A program made the position numbers and the translations under genes. A stretch of DNA of 55,645 bases from Promethearchaeota archaeon (GTDB taxonomy: Archaea > Asgardarchaeota > Lokiarchaeia > Sigyniarchaeales > SOKP01). Each line of letters starts with the position of its first letter. Positions within the stretch are counted from its first letter, which is position 1. Shown piece after piece: positions 22,601-30,877 of this stretch. Under the pieces are notes generated by a model. The model did no database searches. It had not been told where the DNA came from and saw nothing but the letters and a program-made list of their open reading frames with translations. Location: assembly GCA_019058245.1 (NCBI GenBank), contig JAHPZJ010000022.1, positions 1 through 55,645 on the forward strand, written 5' to 3'.

Positions 22601-22790
22601 TGATTTAACTCAATATAATACCACTCTTCTGACTACAAGTGTACCAGTTGGCTCATACTCACCGCCATCCAAAGGACTTTCTGGACCCCTCGTTTTGGGC
22701 TTAGCTATTGGAATCCCTGTAGCTGCAGGAGTTATTGTTCTCATTTATGTCTTGAAGAAGAAAGGTAGAATTGGATCAAAAACACCGTAA
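19680..22790 (+). CDS. Large secreted, C-terminally anchored cell-surface (glyco)protein
   Basis: N-terminal basic+hydrophobic signal peptide, acidic beta-rich body with many N-x-S/T sequons, C-terminal TM followed by KKK. Confidence 0.85.
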   Translation: MNMTKSTLHKKKIISLAVVLTLLILGIFNLNSVSAISWPGDGAVFIPDDDHPTQYGVYIPEPDTYSTMLIDASNQGNYTIMDWFGTEWHNELVDYPGQDISEVYPWYFDTYLKDTTSNNNFTNPWLIDWINVTMMNPYDIELSNYTINSIFNYHVLTENNKLTMPLNSSIPIQIDLMISSVGPKMLKIDWLNPDLPTTTFPDPLGGMWNLISPSGKLVSGAFYTAMNWRALFAGNKELYNAIPFVAHEKGTYRLLMLPSDDKPTQLSLEFMDTSVSTLKSDSLEIVTNADELPTVVEAMDIKAQHKWYRINGEKGDLYRLDLGLDYESVATQRIDSWVPCGNGYIRNQLTPGVYDIYFPTKGTAYISFIDTLYGDTYSYSLYLEKFKTLNYTVGHDLYTIHLSRDQRKAIEFKVEQDSFVRFNYTLFEQPEGNPTIYSLDGTQYGFIFEDAKKIRCYEDIGPLDSKVVGNETFYYYYMPAGTYKALLKNNDVQSEGVIQISSQYVNLLNGSIPITSLSYPELYLSQFSTIDFEPDDYYPGIHKAQYVNIDITEPGQYFLNATIYASDNIGALPLEANPLKVVTWNSSANTYIDVTDLALDPSRNFSAFSTDDPLDTYEDRVYIAYTSKWHDMHFNFSTPGSSSGTPDIDAFFWNGATWAENSITIPNNDGTAAFTQNGTIVIPSLTATYFNNWIMGADFDLPNIDEDQYYWLAIDHDTAPTDSYDLQLPYIQTITLSNITMEGDINLALIGESGYTYCNFWEPGIDTTLDDLLINQEVGNENDSASTLLFEDSPPFMKGIEPGHYKLLIIPYGWGYQGQLHIDFGIGNFYSYRQERMYNITEEPNLYPYQINNYTDGWYGPNNITTFSYGLTTTYNDTEASLGGMGSYFVLDCYGDPYMWTQLVLSTNNVSDYNLYLMQDLPWITNNGPNMEVATIYDSGSAPLNTTYEFGVLTGHFYLIFVVTAATDSVTFRIDLTQYNTTLLTTSVPVGSYSPPSKGLSGPLVLGLAIGIPVAAGVIVLIYVLKKKGRIGSKTP

Positions 22791-23322
22791 AATAATTTTA
22801 ATACTCAAATTTTCTTTTTTTTTTTAATATTTTTAATACTTACTTATTTCTTTAATGTTATAATTTCACAATCATAAACTATTTTAAATTTATTTATAAA
22901 AATTGAAAAATCACTAAATTTTGATTTATTTTTGGTGGAATAAATGAACCAATAACTAAAAATAATTACTTTAATTAAAGAGTTAATCTTCTTAGATTTG
23001 TAGAACAGAATTCATTCTTATTAATTTCTTAATAAAATTCAAAATTATTTTTATTAAAATGAAGTAAATAAAAAATTTACAAAAAAAATTGGATAACCTT
23101 TTTCATAAAAAGTGATTTCTTTTCCGTAATTTTTACGAAAAATTTTTTTTTTCAATTAAAATTATGAACTGATTTAGCTTTTATTTTTAAAATAAGGAAG
23201 TATTATATAAAAATCAATACCCTAATCTCATAATAATATCATAACAATACTATTCACGCAATAATGGAACAGAACGTTCATAAAATTGACGAAACATTTA
23301 TTAGGATGGGTGACTAAATACA

Positions 23323-23420
23323 TACTAGAAAAAAATATTTTTTTTCTAGTAGTGGAATGTTTGTTTTTTAGCCCATAATTTTATTCCTCCACGAATAAAA
23401 CTAAAAATCATTCCATTACT
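23323..23420. repeat. Two abutting, partly overlapping inverted repeats (candidate structured RNA or terminator)
   Basis: TACTAGAAAAAAA-TAT-TTTTTTTCTAGTA (23323-23351); long hairpin AGTAGTGGAATG...TTTTTAG..TTTTATTC-CTCCAC-GAATAAAA-CTAAAAA..CATTCCATTACT (23348-23420) followed by a T-tract. Confidence 0.6.
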
Positions 23421-23537
23421 TCCTTTTTTTTTCCTAAAATTGATGATTTTGGCTTTTTTAAATTCCAAGTTTTAAATCTCTTTAGTGAATAAATCAAATA
23501 TGAGAAAAAAGGAAGATCGGATTTAAATTTGGTTAAT

Positions 23538-24737
23538 CTATTCTTCAGATTTTAATTTTTTAAATTCCTGAATAAGGATTGGAATAATTTCATTAAGATC
23601 ACCAATTATACCATAATGAGCCCAATGAAAGATTGGTGCATTTGGATCTTTATTTATTGCAACTATAATATCAGAATTTTGCATACCCACAATATGTTGA
23701 ATTGCTCCTGAAATTCCACAAGCAATATATAATTTTGGATTGACAGTTTTTCCTGTCTGACCAATTTGTCTATCTGGATCTAACCAGTTCAATTCAATTG
23801 TTATTCGGGATCCTCCCAATTCAGCACCTAAAACATTAGCTAAATCCTTTAAAAGTTTAAAATTCTCTTTCGATCCAACTCCGCGACCTCCAGCAACAAT
23901 ATATTTAGCGTCCTCAAGATTCACAGTATTTTTTGTTTTACTTATTACTTTTACTATTTTTGTTACAGAATCCTTTTCTTTAAATTGATATTCAATAGTT
24001 CTAATTTTTACATCTTTTTGCACTTTTTCAGGTATTTTGAAAATACCGGGTCTTACAGTGGCCATTTGAGGTCTACTAGAAGGTGTTTGAATGGTTGCTA
24101 AAATATTTCCGCCATATGTAGGACGCGTTTGAAGCAAATTTTTAGTTTCTGGATTTATTTCTAATCCTGTACAGTCTGCAGTTAATCCAGCATTAAGTCT
24201 TTTTGCAATTCTGGGGGCAAAATCCCTTCCCGTAGGAGTAGCTCCTATTAATATAATTTCGGGGTTGTTCTGTACTACAAGTTCGGAAATCACTTTCACA
24301 TACAAATCTGAATAGTAATCTTTCAATATTGGTGCTCTAACATATAATATCTCATCCATACCATATTGGCTAAATTCCTCTAATTTATCATCGAAATTCG
24401 CTCCTAATATAACAAGAGTTAAATTTACCTGTAATAGATCTGCTAATTCTCGTCCTTTCCGTAATAATTGGAATGCTACATTATGAATTTTATTCTTATA
24501 ATGTTCTGCGATAACCCAAACTCCTTTGTATTGGCTAATATCTATTTTTTTTGTTTTGATGTCGCCTCGTTCCAATGAAATTGCTTCTTCAGGACATGCT
24601 TCTATACATGCTCCACATAGAGTACAATTTGGTAAAACTTTTGCAATATTATTATTTAATTCAATAGCTCCATACATACAGCTTTCCACACAGCTTGCGC
24701 ATCCAGTGCATAGTTCATGATCTATTTTTATACTCAA
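23538..24737 (-). CDS. etfA: ETF alpha subunit with N-terminal ferredoxin domain (copy 2)
   Basis: CTGCASCVESC, CTLCGACIEACP, LTADCT, QTRPTYGG, QIGQTG, GISGAIQH. Confidence 0.95.
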   Translation of the reverse strand: MSIKIDHELCTGCASCVESCMYGAIELNNNIAKVLPNCTLCGACIEACPEEAISLERGDIKTKKIDISQYKGVWVIAEHYKNKIHNVAFQLLRKGRELADLLQVNLTLVILGANFDDKLEEFSQYGMDEILYVRAPILKDYYSDLYVKVISELVVQNNPEIILIGATPTGRDFAPRIAKRLNAGLTADCTGLEINPETKNLLQTRPTYGGNILATIQTPSSRPQMATVRPGIFKIPEKVQKDVKIRTIEYQFKEKDSVTKIVKVISKTKNTVNLEDAKYIVAGGRGVGSKENFKLLKDLANVLGAELGGSRITIELNWLDPDRQIGQTGKTVNPKLYIACGISGAIQHIVGMQNSDIIVAINKDPNAPIFHWAHYGIIGDLNEIIPILIQEFKKLKSEE

Positions 24738-24750
24738 TGAAAATTTCCTC

Positions 24751-25557
24751 TTAGAGAATTTTATCCTCTTGTAGATGATGACATAATTTTTTTACTACTT
24801 CTTCAGGAGAACCTTCTAAAATAATACGTTTTCCATTTCTTTCAGGAAAAAAAATTTTTTTAACCTCAGTCATAGAACCATTTAATCCAATTTTAGAGAT
24901 ATCTGCATTTAAATTCTTAGAATCAAAATATATTACGTTTGAGTTTTCATATGCTTTCATAATTCCCATCATAGTTGGGAATCTCGGCTTATTTATATCA
25001 GTTAATACTGAAATTAATGCAGGTAATTTTGTCTCAATAACTACAATCTCAGTAGCTCTAAATTTTCTCTCAACTACAATTTTATCTTCACTTAATTCAA
25101 GTTTTTGAACATAAGTAATTTGCGGAATTCCTAATTCTTCTGCCAATTCTGGAGGCACTTGTCCAGTATCTCCATCGACTGCTTGAGATCCGCAAATGAT
25201 AAGATAATTTTCTTCAGAATCAGATTCTTTTAGAATTTTTTTAATTGCCAAGGCTAGAGTATATGAGGTTGCTAAAGTATCGGCCCCTGCAAAAGCTCTA
25301 TCACTTAATAAAACTACCTTATCAACTCCCATTGCTAAAGCTTCACGTAATATCTCTTCTGCCTGAGGAGGTCCCATAGTCAAAGCTATAACTTCTGCTT
25401 TTTGTTCTTCTTTAAGTACTAAAGCCATTTCAAGTGCATTTCGATCATTTGGATTAAGAATCGACTCAACGCCTTCTCTTATTAGGGTATTTGTCTTTGG
25501 GTCAATTTTAACCTCTGAAATTCCTGGTACTTGTTTAGTACATACGAATATTTTCAA
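24751..25557 (-). CDS. etfB: ETF beta subunit (copy 2)
   Basis: CTKQVPG, LIREGVESILNP, SDRAFAGADT, QAVDGDTGQV. Confidence 0.95.
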   Translation of the reverse strand: MKIFVCTKQVPGISEVKIDPKTNTLIREGVESILNPNDRNALEMALVLKEEQKAEVIALTMGPPQAEEILREALAMGVDKVVLLSDRAFAGADTLATSYTLALAIKKILKESDSEENYLIICGSQAVDGDTGQVPPELAEELGIPQITYVQKLELSEDKIVVERKFRATEIVVIETKLPALISVLTDINKPRFPTMMGIMKAYENSNVIYFDSKNLNADISKIGLNGSMTEVKKIFFPERNGKRIILEGSPEEVVKKLCHHLQEDKIL

Positions 25558-25706
25558 TCTAATCTCATGACCTTATTATCTTATCTCAAAAATTATCTAT
25601 TTTTTTTTTGAAAGTAAAAAAAATCCTGAAAGATTATAATTTAATGATGTTGAAATAAAAATCTTTAATTATATCGGATTATACAAACGTTATTTATGGA
25701 TCTTTT

Positions 25707-26861
25707 TTATACTCCTTTTCTTAAAAGGTTACCCGCAATTACCATTCTTTGAACTTCACTAGTTCCTTCATAAATTTCACCCATCTTAGCGTCGCGGAAA
25801 TATCTTTCTACAGGATAAGCTTTCATTAATCCATAACCTCCATGGATTTGAACGGCATCATGAGCTGCTTGCATTGCCGCTTCAGAAGCTACTAGTTTTG
25901 CCATTGAGCTAGCCGTTCCAAAATCCTCTCCCTTATCATGTATAAATGCTGCTTTATATGTAAATAACCGAGCGGATTCCACAGCACATGCCATATCTGC
26001 TAATTTCCATTGTATTCCCTGAAATCTTCCTATAGGTTTTCCAAATTGGACTCTTTCATTTGAATATTTGACTGATGCTTCTAATGCAGCTTGTCCTAAT
26101 CCTAAACATTGGGCAGCAATACCAATTCTCCCGAAATCTAAGATTCTCATTGCCATTTTAAATCCATCCCCGTATTGACCTAAAATATTTTCTTGGGGTA
26201 CCCTAACATCTTCAAATACAAGTTCTGAAGTATTTGATGCTCTTACTCCTAATTTATCCTCTTTTACTCCTACAGAATAACCAGGAGTTTTACTATCTAC
26301 AATAAAAACAGTCATTTCTCGTCTACTATCTTTATCTCCCGTTTTCGCAACAACTAATAATGTTCCAGCTATACCACCAGAGGTAGAGAATATCTTTGTG
26401 CCGTTTAAAATATATTCATCACCATCTTTAACTGCTGTTAATTGAACCCCCGCAGCATCTGAACCTGCATTTGGTTCAGTTAAACAAAAAGATCCTACCT
26501 TGTTACCATTTGCGAGATCTTCTAAAAAAGTTTGTTTTTGTTCTTCAGTACCATATTTATAAATTGGATACGCTGCAACTCCATTATGTACTGCTATAGT
26601 AATCCCCCAACCTGCATCTGCACGTGAAATTTCTTCAATAACTATACAAAAACCAATAGTATCATTTTCAAGTCCTGCACCTCCATATTTAACTGGAAGA
26701 CAAGCTCCAAAATAATTCATTTCCTGCATTTTTTTAAAAGCAGTTTTATTTAATTCTTGTTTTTCATCACTTTCCTTTGCTACAGGTACAAGATATTCCT
26801 CAGCAAATTTCCTAGTTATTTTTCTTAACATTTTTTGTTTTTCAGTTAACGAAAAATCCAT
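25707..26861 (-). CDS. Short-chain (butyryl-type) acyl-CoA dehydrogenase
   Basis: CLTEPNAGSD, LNGTK, KLGVRAS, RVQFGKPI, QIHGGYG, IYEGTSEVQ; lies upstream of etfBA. Confidence 0.93.
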   Translation of the reverse strand: MDFSLTEKQKMLRKITRKFAEEYLVPVAKESDEKQELNKTAFKKMQEMNYFGACLPVKYGGAGLENDTIGFCIVIEEISRADAGWGITIAVHNGVAAYPIYKYGTEEQKQTFLEDLANGNKVGSFCLTEPNAGSDAAGVQLTAVKDGDEYILNGTKIFSTSGGIAGTLLVVAKTGDKDSRREMTVFIVDSKTPGYSVGVKEDKLGVRASNTSELVFEDVRVPQENILGQYGDGFKMAMRILDFGRIGIAAQCLGLGQAALEASVKYSNERVQFGKPIGRFQGIQWKLADMACAVESARLFTYKAAFIHDKGEDFGTASSMAKLVASEAAMQAAHDAVQIHGGYGLMKAYPVERYFRDAKMGEIYEGTSEVQRMVIAGNLLRKGV

Positions 26862-26982
26862 AATAACATCAACAAATAATTTTCTGTTTTTTAAATAGTC
26901 TGTTTTTAAAAACTAATTAAGCATCCTAATTATATTTTATTAAAAATCAAATATAAAAAGAAAAAGAATTAAAACAAAATAC

Positions 26983-27522
26983 TCATAGTTCATGGAGTTT
27001 TTCAGATTTGAATAAATTGATTGAATATTTCACAATTTCCTTAGCTTCCGAAGCATTTTTCCATTCTTTAAATTTTACCCATTTATGTGGTTCTAATCTT
27101 TTATAAGTTTCATAGAATTCTTGAATTTCCTTTAGTTTATGTTCATGTACATCTTTAATATCATGATACCCACTAAATCTAGCATCATTTATTAAAACTG
27201 AAAGTATTTTTGGATCATCTCCATGTTCATCCTCTATAATTAAAGCACCGATAACTCTAACATTTACAATACACCCCACTTCAAGTGGTTCATAACTTAA
27301 GATCATTATATCAAGAGGATCATTATCATCTGCCCAAGTCTGTGGGACAAAACCATACTCTACAGGAAAAATAACTGAGGAAGGAATTATTCGATCTAAA
27401 ACAAATGCTTCCCATTCTTGTTTATATTCATATTTATCTCTGGAACCAGTAATAACCTCTACTACTGCGTTTAAAATTAGTGGAGGATTATCTCCAGGCG
27501 GAATATCTTTCCACAAATTCAT
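26983..27522 (-). CDS. ppa: Family I inorganic pyrophosphatase
   Basis: KYEY, LDR, YGFVPQT, DNDPLD, DPKIL, YKRLE. Confidence 0.95.
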   Translation of the reverse strand: MNLWKDIPPGDNPPLILNAVVEVITGSRDKYEYKQEWEAFVLDRIIPSSVIFPVEYGFVPQTWADDNDPLDIMILSYEPLEVGCIVNVRVIGALIIEDEHGDDPKILSVLINDARFSGYHDIKDVHEHKLKEIQEFYETYKRLEPHKWVKFKEWKNASEAKEIVKYSINLFKSEKLHEL

Positions 27523-27564
27523 AATACTGATAAAATTAAATCTGTAATAAACATTACTCTAATT

Positions 27565-28374
27565 ATGAAGAGTGAAAATCAACATTTTGATATTTCGAAA
27601 CATAAAGAATATTTGCATGTAATTAAAGAAAATATTTCACTTGTTAGTCCTGTTTATACGAATGATCCTCTTAATATCTATTTACTTTTAGGAAATCATA
27701 CAGCTCTTTTACTTGATACTGGTTGTGGATTGTATCCTCTGAAATCAATTATAGCTGATTTGATAGGAAAAAGAGAACTTTTAGTATTCAATACTCATTA
27801 CCATTGGGATCATCCTTTAGGTAATGTAGAATTTGGAGAGGTTTATATTCATGAAAAAGAAGTTGATATTATTTCGAAGCCTTATGATGTTTCTTATTTT
27901 ATGGATTCTCCAAATGAGATTGTAAAGATATACGCAGAAAAGAATTATTTAATCCCTCCTGCAAAAAAAGTTAATCCATTGAAAGAAGGAGATAAATTTG
28001 ATTTAGGGAAAATCAAGGTGGAAGTTATACACTGTCCAGGACATTCACCTGGTTCAATATGTTTACTTACAAATACAGGAGAACTCTTTACAAGTGATGT
28101 AGCTTATTATGGAGATCAATTTTTGCCAAAAAGAGAAAAATTTCCAGAAGTTCTTAATAGTCTTTCTAAATTGATTAGGTTATGTGAAAAACAAAAAGAT
28201 CTTGAGCTTTATCCCTCACACAGACAATATCCATGTGATATAACTCTATTAACAGATCTTTATAAAGGAATTGAAAATATCGATAATCTATGGAATACTA
28301 AAAAACCTTTTGATTTCTTTAATGCATGGCAGATTGATGATGAGAAATTTAGATACTTTATATCTCGATCTTAA
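27565..28374 (+). CDS. Metallo-beta-lactamase fold hydrolase
   Basis: LDTG, THYHWDH, PGHSPGS, TSD, PSH. Confidence 0.9.
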   Translation: MKSENQHFDISKHKEYLHVIKENISLVSPVYTNDPLNIYLLLGNHTALLLDTGCGLYPLKSIIADLIGKRELLVFNTHYHWDHPLGNVEFGEVYIHEKEVDIISKPYDVSYFMDSPNEIVKIYAEKNYLIPPAKKVNPLKEGDKFDLGKIKVEVIHCPGHSPGSICLLTNTGELFTSDVAYYGDQFLPKREKFPEVLNSLSKLIRLCEKQKDLELYPSHRQYPCDITLLTDLYKGIENIDNLWNTKKPFDFFNAWQIDDEKFRYFISRS

Positions 28375-28464
28375 ATTTAACGAAATTCTTTTTTATTTCA
28401 AAAATTTACTTTACATTAAAGGAAAATTTATGTTTAAATTGTAAAATAAATCGAGGTTTAAATA

Positions 28465-30141
28465 TTGTTTGATAATGAATATTTAGAGAAAATTAGAGAA
28501 GAAAAAGAAAAGTGGGAAGAATTATATAAGACTCAGAAAGAACGAGATATGAAGTTTGTTACAGACTCAGAAATCCCTATCAAACAACTTTATACTCCTT
28601 TAGATATAAACGATAAAGATTATATAAATGATATCAGTTTTCCAGGGGTACCTCCTTACACTCGAGGTGTTTATCCAAGCATGTACAGAGGAAGACTTTG
28701 GACTATGCGATTGTTTTCAGGTCATGGAACTCCTGAAGAGACCAATAAAAGGTGGAAATTCCTTTATGAAAATGGTGAAAGTGGATTTAGCGCAGCCGTA
28801 GATAACCTAACCTTTAATGGAATTGACCCTACCGAACCCGACGGTGCACCTGAAGTTGGCACCTCAGGTGTACCTCTTTATTGTATTGATAGTTTTTTTG
28901 CATTAACTGAAGATATTCCCATCGATAAAATCAGCGTAGCATTAGTAGTAGAACCTTTTACTTCTGCTCCTGTTTGTTCTATGTATTTTAATATGGCTCA
29001 GATGCGAGGTTATGACATAAAAGAACTGATTGGAACAACTCAAAATGATATTTTAACTATGACAGTAGGTTATATTCCGTATAAAAATTCTCCTCCTAAT
29101 CATATACTTCGTTTAGCGTGTGATTTGATTGAATGGACTGTGGCAATGAAGAATGTCCCTAAATGGCATCCAATAAATTTCACAGGATATAATTATAGAG
29201 AAGGGGGAATTGATGCTGTACAGGAATTAAGTTTTGTATTTGCAAGTGCCTGTTCACATATTGATAATTTAATTGAAAGAGGATGGAAAGCAGATGATTT
29301 TGTAGGGCGTTTAGCATTTCATTTAGCAGCTCATAAGGATTTCTTTGAAGAGATTGCGAAATTCAGAGCTGCTAGAAGAATTTGGTATAAATTAATGAAA
29401 GATAAGTATGAAGTTCAAGATCCTAGAAACTTAGGGTTTCGATTCCATGTACAAACAGCCGGATCTTCCTTAACTGCACAATCACCTAAAATTAATATAA
29501 TTAGAACAGCAATTCAAGCGTTAGAAGCAAATTTGGGTGGCTGTCAGTCTTTACATACAAATTCTTATGATGAAGCAATTTGTTTACCTTCTGAGGAAGC
29601 AGCTTTAATAGCGTTAAGGACTCAGCAAGTAATTTCTGATGAAACTAGAATCCATAATACCATTGATCCTCTAGCTGGATCATACTTTATAGAATGGTTA
29701 ACAGATGAAGTTGAAGATAGGGTATGGAAATATATAGATAAAATCCAAAAAGTTGGATCTATTGATAAGGCTCTCTCTACAGGATTTCTATACAAAGAAA
29801 TGAGAGATGCCTTTCATAAACGACGAATGAAAATCGAAAATGGTGATGAGATAATGCTTGGTGTTAATAAATATCCCGTCCCTTATGATACAGTTACAGA
29901 TGTTTTTAGAACTAATAAAAACGCAATTGATATTGAAGTTAATCGTATTGAAAAGCTAAAAGCTCGAAGAGATAATAAAAAATTAGAAACTATTTTAGAT
30001 CAACTTAGAGATGTTTGTGAGAAAGAAGAAAACGTTATGCCTACTGTTATGAAAGCTACAAGAGAAGGTGCTACTGTTGGGGAAGTTTGTAATGTATATA
30101 GAGAAATATGGGGAACTTGGGATCCACCATTAGCAATTTAA
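28465..30141 (+). CDS. AdoCbl-dependent acyl-CoA mutase, large (substrate-binding) subunit
   Basis: PYTRGVYPSMYRGRLWTMR, GTTQNDIL, EIAKFRAARR, QTAGSSLT, SLHTNSYDEA, DPLAGSY. Confidence 0.93.
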   Translation: MFDNEYLEKIREEKEKWEELYKTQKERDMKFVTDSEIPIKQLYTPLDINDKDYINDISFPGVPPYTRGVYPSMYRGRLWTMRLFSGHGTPEETNKRWKFLYENGESGFSAAVDNLTFNGIDPTEPDGAPEVGTSGVPLYCIDSFFALTEDIPIDKISVALVVEPFTSAPVCSMYFNMAQMRGYDIKELIGTTQNDILTMTVGYIPYKNSPPNHILRLACDLIEWTVAMKNVPKWHPINFTGYNYREGGIDAVQELSFVFASACSHIDNLIERGWKADDFVGRLAFHLAAHKDFFEEIAKFRAARRIWYKLMKDKYEVQDPRNLGFRFHVQTAGSSLTAQSPKINIIRTAIQALEANLGGCQSLHTNSYDEAICLPSEEAALIALRTQQVISDETRIHNTIDPLAGSYFIEWLTDEVEDRVWKYIDKIQKVGSIDKALSTGFLYKEMRDAFHKRRMKIENGDEIMLGVNKYPVPYDTVTDVFRTNKNAIDIEVNRIEKLKARRDNKKLETILDQLRDVCEKEENVMPTVMKATREGATVGEVCNVYREIWGTWDPPLAI

Positions 30142-30158
30142 TTAATAAGGTGCTGATT

Positions 30159-30557
30159 ATGAGTAAGAAAAAAATAAGAGTATTGATGTCTAAACCTGGT
30201 ATAGATGGACATTGGCGAGGTGGAATTGTTGTATCAAGAGCAATTAGAGATGCTGGTATGGAACTCATTTTTGGAGGATTTCAAAATGTCAAAGAAATTG
30301 TTGAAGCTGCTATACAAGAAGATGTAGATGTCATAGGGTTAAGTATTCATTCTGGAGCTCATTTTGCTTATACACAACAGGTTATTGATTTATTAAAAGA
30401 GCGTGGTGTCCTTGAAGATATTATGATTCTAGTTGGTGGAGTTGTACCAGCAAAAGACTTCCCTAAGTTAAAAGAAATGGGGGTTGCTAATGTCTATGGT
30501 CCAGGTTCAATGACATCTGAAATTGTTGATTTTATTAAGACTCACATAAGAAAATAA
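30159..30557 (+). CDS. Acyl-CoA mutase cobalamin-binding subunit
   Basis: KPGIDGHWRG (DxHxxG), QEDVDVIGLS, VGG, GPG; ATG 30159 follows an AGGTG SD motif. Confidence 0.92.
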   Translation: MSKKKIRVLMSKPGIDGHWRGGIVVSRAIRDAGMELIFGGFQNVKEIVEAAIQEDVDVIGLSIHSGAHFAYTQQVIDLLKERGVLEDIMILVGGVVPAKDFPKLKEMGVANVYGPGSMTSEIVDFIKTHIRK

Positions 30558-30877
30558 AAAAATATATATTAGAAAATAGAGAACTTTTTGAGTTTGGGGA
30601 TAAAAGTTTAAATATTAGATGAATATATTATCTTGTAACAATGATTTTAATTAGTACTGCTACAAGAACAATGGTAAGGGTATTATTATCCTTAAGTATT
30701 ATTCTCTTAGTAGTATTAATTATCTAAGCGAAATAAATCCACCTTATCTTTTTCTTTTAAATTTCTTACGGATTTGTTCGCTTCGAGTATGATTTTTATT
30801 TGAAAAGGTAATTGGGGGGTTCATTTCGTTTTTAAAAAGAACAGAATAATTATTATTAGAATAAATAAAGAAGAGAA

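Noticed and set aside
23348-23420. SECIS element downstream of etfA copy 2 (minus strand has AUGA at the stem)
   Set aside because: The opposing strand lacks the GA needed for the tandem G-A core, and no in-frame UGA selenoprotein gene is evident nearby.
30108-30158. Longer N-terminus of the B12-binding subunit
   Set aside because: It overlaps the large subunit gene; ATG 30159 has an SD motif and matches the family start.
30674-30694. Short inverted repeat TAAGG...CCTTA upstream of the FrhB-TrmB gene as an operator
   Set aside because: Too short to be significant in such AT-rich DNA without a second copy.
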